Part shown: positions 1 through 12,875 of the stretch, piece after piece | How positions within the stretch are numbered: position 1 is the first letter of the stretch | Layout of the letters: each line of letters begins with the position of its first letter | Assembly (NCBI GenBank): GCA_965178125.1 | Contig: OZ237772.1 | Coordinates: 558,001-595,439 of the forward strand | DNA from: Bilabrum cf. latius | Taxonomy: Eukaryota | DNA length: 37,439 nt | Direction: 5' to 3' | Notes under the pieces: generated by a model | What the model was told of the DNA's origin: nothing | The model's input: only the letters and a program-made list of their open reading frames with translations | The model's database searches: none | Position numbers and translations under genes: made by a program

Positions 1-2322
1 TGGCGAACGTCACGATCCACTCGTGCAGCAGATTGGAGATCAAAAAGGTCAGCATCAGCGCGTCAAACCGCGAGAGACCGTCTCCGCCGTGGCGGGCGGC
101 TGTAGCACCTGCCTTGGGCTAGACTGCTGCCGTGTCCGCCTCCTCCTCCGCCCCGCCTGCGCCCGTGCCACTGCCTCTTACCTGCCGCTTGCCTGCTCTT
201 TTACCTTTACCTTTGCCCTTTGCCCCCCCACCAGCGCCTCCCTCTTGTGCTATCTCAGCCAGGCCGCCAATGTCTGCCCCCTCGTTCGCTTCGACTTCTC
301 CGCTCGCCCCTGTGATGGCCCGCCGCCCAGCCTCCGATGTGAACCGCATCAGGTCGAAGTAAATGTACGTGCGAATGTGCTGGCCCACCACCACATTCCA
401 GAGGCGATAGAACTGTCCAAAAGATGCGGCATTCCACCAGTCCTGCGAACAAGGAAGGACGGGAGCAGAGGCAGGCACGCACACATGCAAGTTGCCGCAA
501 TGCGGTCCATCCATGTCACACACAAACGGGCGGAAGGCCCCAATAACACAGCCCGCAGGCAGACACTCACACTCGCAAACTGTCCTCGATCTCCGAACCG
601 CAGCAGCTCGGCCCACATGTTGAGCCACGAGTGCAGCACTCCGTAGAACATGAGCACCAGCAGTAGGGAAGCGGGCAGCATAGAGTGGAAGACGCTGAGC
701 ACGAACGCCTGCAGATCTCCCGGATACAAAGCAGTGTGCTTGAACTGCGGAGCCACCGCCACCACGAAGAGAAGGTACACGAACCCGACCACCAGTAGGA
801 AATTGAGGCCGTGCTTTCCCGCCTCGACCCATCTCACGTCGGGTGCCAAGCCGGGGTATCTGTCTCTGTACACGAGCGTGGGCGCGAAGGAGAAATACAT
901 GTACCTGCCAATTTCTCGTTGCACGTCCCCCACATCGATGCGGGGCACCAGCACGTGCTCTTCCGTGACCCCTTTCTTCCGGGCCCAGCCAGGGATGTAC
1001 CGGGCCAGCGCGCTGTCGCCGTACAGCCCGTACAGCATCTTCTCCCTGAAGTACGCGTGCGCCTTCATCAGAAAACGGGCCATCTCGGCCTGCAAAATCA
1101 CCGCGCTAGGGGGTGGCAGCGGGCTGTCTGCCACGGCCAGGAAGTACAAGCAGACAGCGGTGGGCACCAACACCTGCAGGCCCTGCCCGATGCAGTAGAG
1201 CGGGAGCCACACATGCCAGCTCCAACTGAACCTCCGGACGCCCTGCACCAGCAGGATAGGGAAGAAAGATAGCACAAACTGCGCTACCCAGCAAGGCGCC
1301 ACGACTCCGACGTGTCCGAAGCCCCACACGAGCAGCCCAATGTCCGGTGTCAGGTCCGGCTCCACTGGCACCGCGGTCAGCTGAGAGGCCACCTGGCTCC
1401 ACTGCAGCGCAGGCGCAAGCTGTGCCCCGCCCTCATTCTCCGTGGCATTCAGCCCGTGGGTGGATGCATGCGCCGCCCAAGCCCTCCCCGAGCCCCCGCA
1501 GGCCCAGCCCTGGTCCGATTCCCCCGGCCTCTCCGCCTGCCGCTGCAGCTGAAAGGCCGCCTGCACCACCATGTTGATGCCCAGCCACGCCATGCCTGCC
1601 ACCGCCATGCTGTAGATCGTGCGGTAGTCCCGCCGCCCCTCCAGCATGGTGGTCAGCAGCGAGGCCCGGGGCCGGAAGGCAGGCTGCGACCATGCTCTCC
1701 TCAGCCGGGCCTGTCTGGCCGCTTCCTGCTGGGTCTCGGACAGCTGACTGCCCGAGGCCCGGGGCTCTCTCCTCTCCATGCCCGCATCGTCCTCGCCCAT
1801 GCCCTCCGCGCGGTCCAGCTGCGTCTCTAGCGAGGCTCCCAGGTCGCGCACTGCCTCCGCATGCCTGGCCAGGTCTCCGTGCAGCGATGTGCGCAGGGCC
1901 AGGAGCTCGTCTCGGAGAGAGTCCACGGCGCGCAGGTGAGCATGCACGCCCTAGCGATCCAGAAGGACTCGGGAATCTTCTGCCGTGGTCGCGGAGTTTG
2001 AAAGAAGCCAATCCTTATCGGCACTACTGCGAGCACTGTCGCCACTGGCACTGGCAGCAACAGTATGCGACCGGTTGGGAATCCGCCTGCGACTCCTTGC
2101 CGCGCTGAGCGTCTCGACACCGTCGGCCCCAGTCTAGCTGCCAAATCGTTTTCTTTTGGGGGGCGTTAGTAATGAATCTTCTTCGGTACCGCTGCCAGTG
2201 GCGCTGTCGTCTAGAGTTGCAAATGCGGGGCTACCTTGCCCCCGGACCTACTGCAGCTCTTTCCGCAGCATTTTCACCTCCGATAGTAAACGAGCATCCG
2301 TCGACGTATTTGACGCGCTCAT
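1..2322 (-). CDS. SOAT: Sterol O-acyltransferase (ACAT/SOAT-type MBOAT), 3'-partial; exons 2322-571 and 442-<1; in-frame TAGs read as sense
   Basis: ACAT-type motifs MKAHAYFRE, FAPTLVYRDRYP, LHSWLNMWAELLRFGDR and DWWN...FYRLWNVVV. After TAG 121-119 the frame continues to FLISNLLHEW (catalytic MBOAT His). The frame is open upstream through TAGs at 1953, 2136 and 2250 to ATG 2322; the true start is uncertain. Confidence 0.9.
443..570 (-). other. 128-nt spliceosomal GT-AG intron (phase 0) in the SOAT gene
   Basis: Minus strand GTGAGT donor at 570 and a pyrimidine-rich TCCTTCCTTGTTCGCAG acceptor ending at 443. Removal joins RFGDRGQFAS to DWWN, restoring the MBOAT RFGDR..DWWN motif across two frames. 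Confidence 0.85.
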
Positions 2323-2804
2323 AATGGTCTGCTACTTTCCTCTGAACTGCGAGAAAGGGGCTGCCAGAACAATCATGAACGCGGCATTCCCGCTGAAACA
2401 CAGAATCAACCTGGTGTGGGAACCATGCCCTGCGTGGCACACATTTTCTACGTGAGAATGATGCAAACGAAGGCGGCACAAGCGCAGCACCGCATGAGTT
2501 GGTAGGCATTCAAGAAAACGCACTATCAGCATGCCAACAGCCGAGGCTCGCCACACATCTTCGACAAGACTAAATAGGATAAGCTGCACGAGTCCTCACC
2601 ACTTATAAGCCCACGGCGTAGACAGGGCTAGACCAGGAATTATAGAACCCGCAGCAGCGGCTGCAGCCGCCGCGGCTGCTTGTGCACGCACATCATGATG
2701 ATAACCGGAAAAATGCCTCGCCGTCCGGGATCCTTCCTGGCCGCAGCACACACATATTCACCGCAGGGAAGACTGACAACAACACTATGTATTGTTGCAA
2801 AATC

Positions 2805-4220
2805 ATGACATCGCGGTGGTCTGTTCGCGATGTCATCCCGATCCTGGCATGCATGGCCGCAGCCATGGCACAAGCGACCGAAGGTGCGATGGCTGTACCA
2901 CAACAATCCCGCGACGCACCTTCGATAGCATGGGACAGCAATGCCCCAAAGCTAGCACATGATAGTATCGATGGGATCGGTCTGGACTTTGATGATCGGT
3001 CTGCGCTTCCGATGGTGGCATACGGGTTTATTGCCAAGTCTGATGGCAGTCCGACGACTATCGAGTTCCTCAGGCTCGAAGATTCGGGTGATTCTTGGAG
3101 CTCCCTGGGCCACCATACTCCCCAGTTTGCCCAGCCGTATGATCATTTTGCGTTTCGTGAACGCAACGAGGTGCTGTATCTCGGCTTGGTGATCGACGAG
3201 GCATTCAATTTGAGCTCCGTCCTGCGAGGTGACAATGGCTTCGATGGATTCACTGGCTGCTACGCATTCGGAGGCTGGGTGTACGACTACGCTATCACGC
3301 CAAGTGGTGACATGCGAGCCATTATGTCGCCCGACAACCGCACGCTACAGACGGACACGTACAGGTCTGCTGGGTGGAACTCGTACCCCGCTGGGAACAC
3401 CTGGACACCGCCGCACCAGGTGGCCACTGCCCCTGGTGCTCGATCCATCCAGGAGGTGAGGGTGGCAGCTGGACTGAGAGATACGCTCTGGACTGTTCGA
3501 ACGGAGCGACCCTCGAACATCAGCAAGCCTTAGTCCTCTCAGGCTGTGGCCGTGGTCTCCCGCACCACGCTCTCTGACACTGCCAGCTGGAAGGACTACA
3601 TACAGGTGCAGGGGGCGCTGGGGGCAGCGGTGGACTGGGCCTCTACCGGAACTTCTTCTCCTTCCCCCTCTGGTATCGTGTGCACCGCTGCTCTGATCCC
3701 AACCACAGCCCGTCTTGATGCCCCTGCTGCTGCCTCCACCGTAGCTGCCCAGCTGCAGGTGCACTGCGCCCAGACGACCCCGGGGCCTGCAGGGCAGCCG
3801 GACGGAGCCGGCACCTGGCAGGCCATGGGCACTGCGCTGAGTGCCATCGCAGTGGACACTTTGGGGGCCGGGGCCAGGCCAGACGTGGCTTTGGTGCAGC
3901 GGCCGGGGGGCTCCCTGCTGGCAGTGGCGGGGGCGCTGGACAGGTCCTCGGGGCTGGTCAAGACGGCTGTCTGCGAGGTGGACGCTGGAGCCTCCGAAGG
4001 TGCCCTCCAGTGTCAGGGTGGGTGGCAGCAGGTTTCAGTTCCCCGGTCTGCGCTTGCCTCCAGCGGCCGGGCCACCGCCTTCCGTCTGAAGTCACCTGAC
4101 GAGGCAGGGGAGGGGGTGTCCCCGCAAGGCCCTGCCTGCTTGCTGCTGGCTTCCACCAACAGCAGCGATACTGTGCACGGGATGGACCAGCTGGCTCTGC
4201 TGCAGTTGCGCACCCCATGA
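2805..4220 (+). CDS. Unknown secreted protein (~471 aa), one internal TAG at 3531-3533
   Basis: ORFs 2682-3533 and 3546-4220 are in the same frame and separated only by TAG. Signal-peptide-like MTSRWSVRDVIPILACMAAAMAQA; ends in TGA. No family recognised. Confidence 0.7.
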
Positions 4221-5135
4221 CCGCCGCGTTTGGCGATGCGGCCATGCTGTGGGGGAAGCTCGATTCGGCGGTGTGTGCGGCAAGTTTCTCGCCCTACAGC
4301 GTGTACTCGGGGGATTTTCGATGAACAGACAGTGAACCAGCAATATCTGGCGGACATAGATGAATAGCTTGTACACAGCATGCATGAATAATTTCTTATA
4401 TTTTATAGCATTGCGACCAAAGGGTGATAACGGAACCTCCGGCAGTTCGGCGCGCGGCGACACACTTGCGACGTGGTTTACCAGCACCAGTCACAAAACG
4501 GCTGTTTGGATTTTGACCAGGCGGCTGCCTGATACCAATACCGATCTTTCGTTGATTAGTTGCTCATGTAAGGAGGCAATTGCTGGCTATGTATCCTTCT
4601 CGAGCGCTTGAATATCTCCTGTACTGCGCGCCGGCGCTCATTTTTGCTTCTTTTGGAGTCTTTCTACGACAATCTTCGATTGAGCACATAGGCATTGATT
4701 CGGAGATTCACTTGTGGCACTGAATCCTCGAAAGTGCTCCTGAACTTCGTTCAGAGGGTGGCGCGTGCCGGTATAACCGCCTTACTGAAGGGCGCCAAAG
4801 GGCAAAAACCCCTTGAACAGAGCAACGTGTTGCTTTCAGATTGAACACTTTAGGCGTTTTTGTGGTTTAAAGGTGTGTTGCTTGCAATGCTACCCACTGC
4901 CAACCCAGAGGTCGGCAATCGGCTCGTGCACACTGTGTGCTCTGCACACGGCAGACCACACGCCCAACAGTTCAGTGTTGCTTGTTCTGTGAGAAATGAG
5001 CGCGCCATGGCGATTTATTTGATGATTTCTCACCCACATGTACTTGTATTCGCAGACGCATCCGCGCACATGAGCGTGATGGCGGGGCGGTACAAAAGTG
5101 AAACCAAAAACGTCCGCAGAACGCCCGCGCGTAGC

Positions 5136-8100
5136 ATGGCAGAGGAACCTGGGGACTATCCCATGAGCATGATCGTCAACCACCACGCCTACAAATACCA
5201 ACCATTAGCTGGTACACGGCTCAAGACAAGCCCGTGGCTGCTACTGGCCGTGGTTTGCCTCCAAGCGTGCGCCGCAAGCTCGTCGCCTATCGGGTCGGTC
5301 ACCAAGCTTGCAGTGGGGCAGGGGGGGCTGCCGTCCAACTTTCCGCAACAGGGCGATTTGTTCGGGTTTTCGGCGAACTTGATCGGAGACATGGACGAAG
5401 ATGGCGTGAACGACCTCGGGGTGCACGTGCACTAGGGAGACGGCACCAGATCCAACACCGGCACTTTCGCCATCCTGTATATGTCCTCTGACGGTACCGT
5501 GGACCGATTCCAGGAGTATTGGCTGGGGACTGGTGGAAACATCGGGGGTTCGGCCGATGGACAAATTGGTGCCCAGTTTGGGGCCGACCCCACTCGCGTG
5601 GACCAGCCCCTCGGGCAGGACGGCAGCACGCCGCGAGTATTTCTGGGGGAGCCCAGGTGGATCACTTCCGGATTCGGACAAGTGGGGCGCGTGTTTGTGC
5701 TCCGTATTGATTAGAACGGTACTGTTTCGAGCGTCACCATCTTGCAAGACGGGCTGAATGGAGTGCCTTCGAACTACCTCATGGGCCAGTCTCGATTCGG
5801 TGTGACGATTGCTGCGATCGGTGACATCGACTCTGACGGCATGCAGGACGTGGCCGTCGGTGCATTGTTGTCAAACGATGGCGTCTCGCAAGGTGGTGCC
5901 ATGCATATCCTCAGGATGAACGGCGACGACACGGTCAAGGCGATTCGCAAACTGTCGCAGGCCACTGGGTTCGGGCTCGACGTGCTGAGCCCCCCTGTGA
6001 CGCAGCTAGGGAACGGTGCCGCTGCCATGGCGCCGCGCCTTTCTGGTAACCCCGTTGACCTTATGATCGGAGCAAGAGGGAGCGATGCCGCGGTGTACGT
6101 CCGCCTGGACTCTACCGGCGGGGTGATCCAGGGGTCCGTGAGGGTGCTCCGGGACGGCCAGGAGGGCATTCCGACTGGAACCATCCAAGCCAACTCGCTC
6201 TTCGGTTATAATATCGTCAACATTGGAGACGTGAACAGCGACGGGACGGAGGATCTCGCGATTTCTGCCACAACCGATGACACTGGCGGCACGAACACGG
6301 GCAAGAGCGTCATCCTCTTGACCGGCTGCGCGGATCCTGGCGCCAACGCAACGTTTGTGGAGTCTGTGATCGCTTTGTCCACATCGACCCCTGGACTTGG
6401 TAACGTAGGTCTAACGGGGGCTTCATTTGGTGTGTCGAGCGCTGGAGCTATGGATAGCAACGGGTCTACTCCGCTCATCTTCGGTGCCCATGAGGACGGG
6501 CAAGGAGGTCCGCGAACTGGGTCTGTGCTGGTCGCGGAGCTGATTGTGCCAGCTGCCCAACAACCCGCATGCCCTACTCCGGCTCCAAGTGCCAGCCCGA
6601 GCCCTTCACCCAGTAGTAGTGCCAGCCCGAGCGCATCGCCTGCCCCGGTAGGTGCCGTGGTCTCTATGGTCAAAATCGCCAACGGCCAATCCGGCCTGCC
6701 ATCGACCTTCCCTCGTGCCAATGGCCGCTTCGGCCGCCGTGCTGTCTCTCTCGGAGATATGAACGGTGACTCCGTCGAGGATATGGGCGTGCTTCTCTCC
6801 CAAGCCAGTGGTGGTGGCAATGCCGCGGGCTCTTTCGCCGTTCTCATGATGAAGACCGACAGGACCGTGGACAGCTACATCGAGTACCACTTGGGCACCG
6901 GTGGAAATATCAACGCTCCTGGTATCGCACCAGTGACCGGCTCTGCCTTCGGGTCAGGCCTGTCTCGCTTCGACCAGCCCAACGGCCAGGATGGAGGCAT
7001 CCCAAGGATCATCGCAGGCCAGCCATTCCTCGACGTTGGCGGAAACTCCAAGATCGGAAGAGCCTTCATCCTGCGCGTGGACACCAATGGCGCGGTCACT
7101 AACACGGTGGTGCTGCAGGATGGACTCAACGGTATTCCCACAGGTACTCTGCCCACCACCGGCAGGTATGGCCAGGGTGCCACCGGTAATCTTGGGGACC
7201 TGGACGCTGACGGTCTCAACGACATCGCCATCAGCTCTCCCTTCTCGAATGATGGTATCAGTGACGGCGGCTCGATCTTTGTGCACTTCATGAACGGAGA
7301 CGACACCGTTGCCTCCACTACAAAGATCTCTCAGACCACTGGGCTGAGCTCCATCCAGCCCAGGGTGAAGCTGCTAGGGTATTCGATCGCCGTCATCCCG
7401 GCCCGCTCCCCCGATCACGCGGTCGACCTGGTGGTGGGCACGCGGCTCGGCGACTTTCTTGCCTACTTCGGCTTGACTAAGAACGGTACTGTGGCCCCTG
7501 GCTCCGCGAGGGTGATCAGGGACGGGCAGGAAGGAGTGCCATCTGGGACCATCCAGAGCGGTTCCGCGTTTGGACTTGGTGTGGCAAATGTGGGCGACAT
7601 GAACGGCGATGGCATAACTGACATTGCTGTGGGTGCCCCTTTAGATGATCAGGGCACAGGCAAGAGCTTCATCTTTTATCTGGCATGCACCACGTCGACC
7701 ACCGTGGATCTCGTGCAAGGCGTATCGGTGCTGGACATCAACACGCCAGGCATCAGCGGTGTGCTGAGTGCCAACACAAATTGGGCAGCCACCGGTGCGT
7801 TCAATGATATCGACGGGGACGGTCGCGTAGAGCTCATCTTCGGCGCACAAAATGATGCAACCGGGGGGAGCAGGGCAGGCGCTGCATACGTTGCGTCCAT
7901 GGGTGGCCCGCTGCCTGGCCCAACACCATCGGCGTGTCCATCGAGCTCACCATCAACAAGCCCAACTTCGTCGCCCACTGCGAGCGTCAGCAGCAGCCCG
8001 TCCACATCGCCCACTGCGAGCGTCAGCAGCAGCCCGTCCACGTCGCCCACTGCGAGCGTCAGCAGCAGCCCGTCCACGTCGCCCACTGCGAGCGTCAGCA

Positions 8101-10556
8101 GCAGCCCGTCCACCTCGCCCACTGCGAGCGTCAGCAGCAGCCCATCCACGTCGCCCACTGCGAGCGTCAGCAGCAGCCCGTCCACGTCGCCCACTGCGAG
8201 CGTCAGCAGCAGCCCGTCCACCTCGCCCACTGCGAGCGTCAGCAGCAGCCCGTCCACCTCGCCCACTGCGAGCGTCAGCAGCAGCCCGTCCACCTCGCCC
8301 ACTGCGAGCGTCAGCAGCAGCAGCAGCCCGTCCACCTCGCCCACTGCGAGCGTCAGCAGCAGCCCGTCCACCTCGCCCACTGCGAGCGTCAGCAGCAGCC
8401 CGTCCACCTCGCCCACTGCGAGCGTCAGCAGCAGCCCGTCCACGTCGCCCACTGCGAGCGTCAGCAGCAGCCCGTCCACCTCGCCCACTGCGAGCGTCAG
8501 CAGCAGCCCATCCACGTCGCCCACTGCGAGCGTCAGCAGCAGCCCGTCCACGTCGCCCACTGCGAGCGTCAGCAGCAGCCCGTCCACCTCGCCCACTGCG
8601 AGCGTCAGCAGCAGCCCGTCCACCTCGCCCACTGCGAGCGTCAGCAGCAGCCCGTCCACCTCGCCCACTGCGAGCGTCAGCAGCAGCAGCAGCCCGTCCA
8701 CCTCGCCCACTGCGAGCGTCAGCAGCAGCCCGTCCACCTCGCCCACTGCGAGCGTCAGCAGCAGCCCGTCCACCTCGCCCACTGCGAGCGTCAGCAGCAG
8801 CCCGTCCACCTCGCCCACTGCGAGCAGCAGCAGCAGCCCGTCCACCTCGCCCACTGCGAGCGTCAGCAGCAGCCCGTCCACGTCGCCCACTGCGAGCGTC
8901 AGCAGCAGCCCATCCACCTCGCCCACTGCGAGCGTCAGCAGCAGCCCGTCCACGTCGCCCACTGCGAGCGTCAGCAGCAGCCCGTCCACCTCGCCCACTG
9001 CGAGCGTCAGCAGCAGCCCGTCCACCTCGCCCACTGCGAGCGTCAGCAGCAGCCCGTCCACCTCGCCCACTGCGAGCGTCAGCAGCAGCCCGTCCACCTC
9101 GCCCACTGCGAGCGTCAGCAGCAGCAGCAGCCCGTCCACGTCGCCCACTGCGAGCAGCAGCAGCAGCCCGTCCACCTCGCCCACTGCGAGCGTCAGCAGC
9201 AGCCCGTCCACCTCGCCCACTGCGAGCGTCAGCAGCAGCCCGTCCACCTCGCCCACTGCGAGCGTCAGCAGCAGCCCGTCCACCTCGCCCACTGCGAGCG
9301 TCAGCAGCAGCCCGTCCACGTCGCCCACTGCGAGCGTCAGCAGCAGCAGCAGCCCGTCCACGTCGCCCACTGCGAGCAGCAGCAGCAGCCCGTCCACGTC
9401 GCCCACTGCGAGCGTCAGCAGCAGCCCATCCACCTCGCCCACTGCGAGCGTCAGCAGCAGCCCGTCCACCTCGCCCACTGCGAGCGTCAGCAGCAGCCCG
9501 TCCACCTCGCCCACTGCGAGCGTCAGCAGCAGCCCGTCCACCTCGCCTACTGCGAGCGTCAGCAGCAGCCCGTCCACGTCGCCCACTGCGAGCGTCAGCA
9601 GCAGCCCTTCCACGTCATCTATGCCGCTGACGATGTGCTCCGATGGCGTCAAGAATGGTGAAGAGTCGGACATCGACTGCGGTGATCCGTCCGATGACTA
9701 GTGTCCTTTATGCTCAGAGGGCCTCCGCTGCCTCGATACGGCTAACTGCGAGGACGGACTTGTATGTTCCGGCAGTACGCATCGCTGTGTGGAAAGGGTA
9801 CACCGCCCGGGGCTGTGGCTATGGTTTTTCCGGCTCCGAATCCGCTGCCACTACTATGCGTGGTACGTCCGTCGCCTGTTGTCCCTCCTGAGGCATGGGA
9901 TCCAGAGCGCCACACGCGCTCAAGATGTCTCTTTCTAGAGGGTACAGCGCCGCCGGAGCTTCTGGAGGCATCGCTTGCTTCAGTCCTCTGGCAAGGATGA
10001 GCTGGATCTGGTCGATGAGTCAATGGACGCGCACAATACCTCCATGGTGGAGATCGATTTCTCTGTTCATTTCTCCGAGGATGCAGACGAGGACAGCATG
10101 CGAGCACTGGTCGAGGCGTTCATCGGGGCTGGAAATGCGAGCGATGCGGCGCCCCACGACGGTGACCTCTCAAGACTGCTGGCCTCACAAGACGAGAGTG
10201 CAAGTCTCCTGGAATCCCTTCGCGCCGATGCACCCATAGATGCATTGAACGATATTACGGTTGAAGCTGACGATCTTGAGGTGCAGACAGAAGTGCTGCA
10301 CACCACCGAATACGTTGAGGAGGCGGCCCCAGTCAACCGAGGCAGCGAGAGCGATGGATCTCAGGCAGAGGGCCTCCTGAGCCGTTCCTCAGCGGTCATC
10401 GTGGCGGCTACCTGTGGCGCTGCGGTGGTGATGGCTGCAGTGGGGTACGCATTGGCCGTGTGGCGCGACGCCAAGGCCGCAAGTCGCAGAGTTGGGAATA
10501 TTTAGCGGCCTGTTTCTGGCCCTGAACGGAACCAGGTTCTCGAGCCTGGGGTATGA
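5136..10556 (+). CDS. Large type-I membrane protein (~1800 aa): two FG-GAP/integrin-alpha-like propeller modules, Ser/Thr/Pro stalk, Cys-rich module, TM helix
   Basis: Four track ORFs share one frame, split by TAG at 5433, 5712, 9699, 9936 and 10503; ends TGA 10554-10556. Repeated FG..GDxxxDGxxDxAVGA motifs. CSDGVKNGEESDIDCG..*CPLCSEGLRCLDTANCEDGLVC Cys module spans a TAG. Hydrophobic AVIVAATCGAAVVMAAVGYALAVW. Start could be 5136 or 5163. Confidence 0.85.
7971..9615 (+). repeat. Coding 36-bp tandem repeat (SPTASVSSSPST), about 45 copies, mucin-like stalk
   Basis: Unit CCCACTGCGAGCGTCAGCAGCAGCCCGTCCAC(C/G)TCG; occasional 42-bp units with an extra AGCAGC; all variants keep the frame. Confidence 0.97.
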
Positions 10557-11030
10557 TGCCCCTGTGCGCCCGTTCTAATTGGGGCCAGTCGTTGGCCTTG
10601 GCTCACCCGATAGTCCGAGTTACCTGCATATTGCTGCCCCCAAGAGGCTGTCTGGCCGATGCACCCGAAGCTGCTTCAGCTGGACGCCAGACTGGCACGG
10701 GGTATTTGGCTGAATTCGGAAAGTCGGGTTTGAGACTATTATGTTTGTTTGCAGTGTGTGTGAGTCGGGCCTATGACAGGCCGCGAGCCGGCTTCTGCTG
10801 GCTTGCTGGCCTTCGGTTCTGGATTGACGGGTACTTCGGGTCTTCGTTGGCGGGGTTGGGCATGAGGCTTGAGCTGTGGTAGCTCTATGCTGCTGCTACT
10901 CGGCCGCATGTGCCCGATGGCACCTGCGTGCAGCCAGTTGGACCCTTTTGCCGCATTCCAGATCCGGTTTGCTTTTGCTTTGGCTTTTGAGATTCTTACA
11001 CGTGGTCTGCTTCGGTTCAATGCTTGTATT

Positions 11031-12836
11031 ATCCGTGACCCCACAGATCTTGTCGTGTAGTTGACTCGGAATATTTAAAAAAGGAAGCACTCAGGAACGT
11101 TCATTAACACGGCATAATGCAACTGAATTATATCTCCGTGTGAAGTCGTTAGTTTCTAGTTTTTAGATCAAAAAGAAGATTTTTGATATCTTGTATACTT
11201 CAAGAGATATGTGCGATCAAAAACCGTGGATTTGGGCTTCAGCTGGGCTCAATATCGTGACGAGTGTCCCCACACATCTTGACAGGTAGTTTGTATCTCC
11301 AAAATCATTGTACTCTAAGCAAACCCATTGATGTCGTATCAGTACATGCAGAACATGACTATTAAAACTATCGATACAGCCAAACAATTTTGGTGCTTAT
11401 TCAAATTTAGGCACGCTGTAGCTCGTTGAACCAGGCCTCTTTGGACTGCCACTAAATTTGCTTTCTTTCATCTCTGTATTCTACAGTATCGGCTTGCAGC
11501 GCAAACTGTAGGCAACATTTCCAATATGAGCGCTTTCAAAAACAAATGCGTAGCATGGAATTCCGATAGTTGTTTCCGATGGGCCCGTTTTGTCGACTAA
11601 ACATGCGTTTGTGCAGATCAAGTCAGAACCTGGCAACACCAATGCGAGATGAGCGCAGCATACTACACGCAGGATCGTATCAATGCAATCTTTATATGGA
11701 AGTAGACGATATAGTCCAAAGCTTAACTTGCACATGTTGCAGAGCCCGTCTGTAACGGCAGGTCTCTACACCAGTATGCGGATCTTGCATCACGGGCGAA
11801 TCCACCGATCCTCGCTCTTTAATGAGGCATACAGCCATCTAAGCCAGAATTTATGCATTAAATATTAGTGAGGATTCTATTCATGCGATGATATGCGTAT
11901 TGATTGAATATTGGCGAGCATGGCCCACGCAGTCCTGCCGTCGGTCAATCGGTAGAGGTGCGCGAAGCATGTATCCTGTGCCCAAGTCGTTTGCTGTTCT
12001 GCAATTTCCTGTACCTGAAATCATGCCATACATTGGTATTCTATCCAACCGGCTAGGTCGGAGTTATCTACCACCCTGAATAATGGCCTGGGACCTGGTT
12101 CAGTGACACGAGGTGCTAGGTCAGCCAGCGACACGAACAACTACCGTTTATGCTCCTTCAATAATGCATCAACAGTAGATTCACTCATACCAATGGTTCA
12201 ATGAAGTCCTAATTTTACCAAGAGTGCGTTTTCAGTCTCTAGCTTTCTCATGGACGCCCAAGTCGGGCGACTCTGTCTCATGTGTACCAGCCAGCGAATC
12301 TGGCCACGGGCAACGACCTCAGTAATGTATGATTATGGAGCGGTAAAACTCCAAGAATGATGAGGCCTATAATAGTATAAACCAAAACAACGCAAAAATC
12401 GAATCAGTTTGGTCTGCATGCATCATGCAAAGTGCACGTAGTTATGATGCCCAATCGATCCAACCTCCGGCTTCAACTCAGTGCACAAAAGTGACGCAAA
12501 GCATAAAATAGAGCCAATCACACATGTACATGCTATATGTGGCTTAGTTGGGAGAGTCGTAGTTTACGTTTCATACAAATCGGCCCGCATCTAAGTATCA
12601 AAAGTAAAGATGATCCAACACGTACGGTACACAGCCCTAGTACAGTGCATGAAGCCTACTTCGAGGTTTACTTCTCACCATACTACGATTACGATATATA
12701 TAAATGCTTGAAGCAAAGACTTCCCAAAGAATACTCATTAAATCTCGCGTAAAATAGGAGTTTGTGCCAAACACGCCAAGATGTGTGGGCGTGCTCGTCA
12801 CACTTACTACACGACAAGATCTGTGGGGTCACGGAT
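11031..12836. mobile_element. Putative non-autonomous TIR DNA element (~1.8 kb)
   Basis: Perfect 31-bp inverted repeat ATCCGTGACCCCACAGATCTTGTCGTGTAGT at 11031-11061 and 12806-12836. A second imperfect inverted pair lies at ~11258-11282 and ~12778-12802. The interior is AT-richer than the flanks with no convincing ORF. Confidence 0.6.
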
Positions 12837-12875
12837 TCTGCTACAATTGACACAGATGCCACCCAGGCAACTTGT

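Noticed and set aside
2332-2589. Separate 85-aa gene or N-terminal extension of SOAT
   Set aside because: It is in frame with SOAT through a TAG but has no recognisable similarity, so it cannot be distinguished from 5' UTR; ATG 2322 was kept as the provisional start.
7676-9673. Alternative-frame and antisense ORFs over the 36-bp repeat
   Set aside because: Shadows of the Ser/Thr/Pro stalk, which is in frame with the FG-GAP domains.
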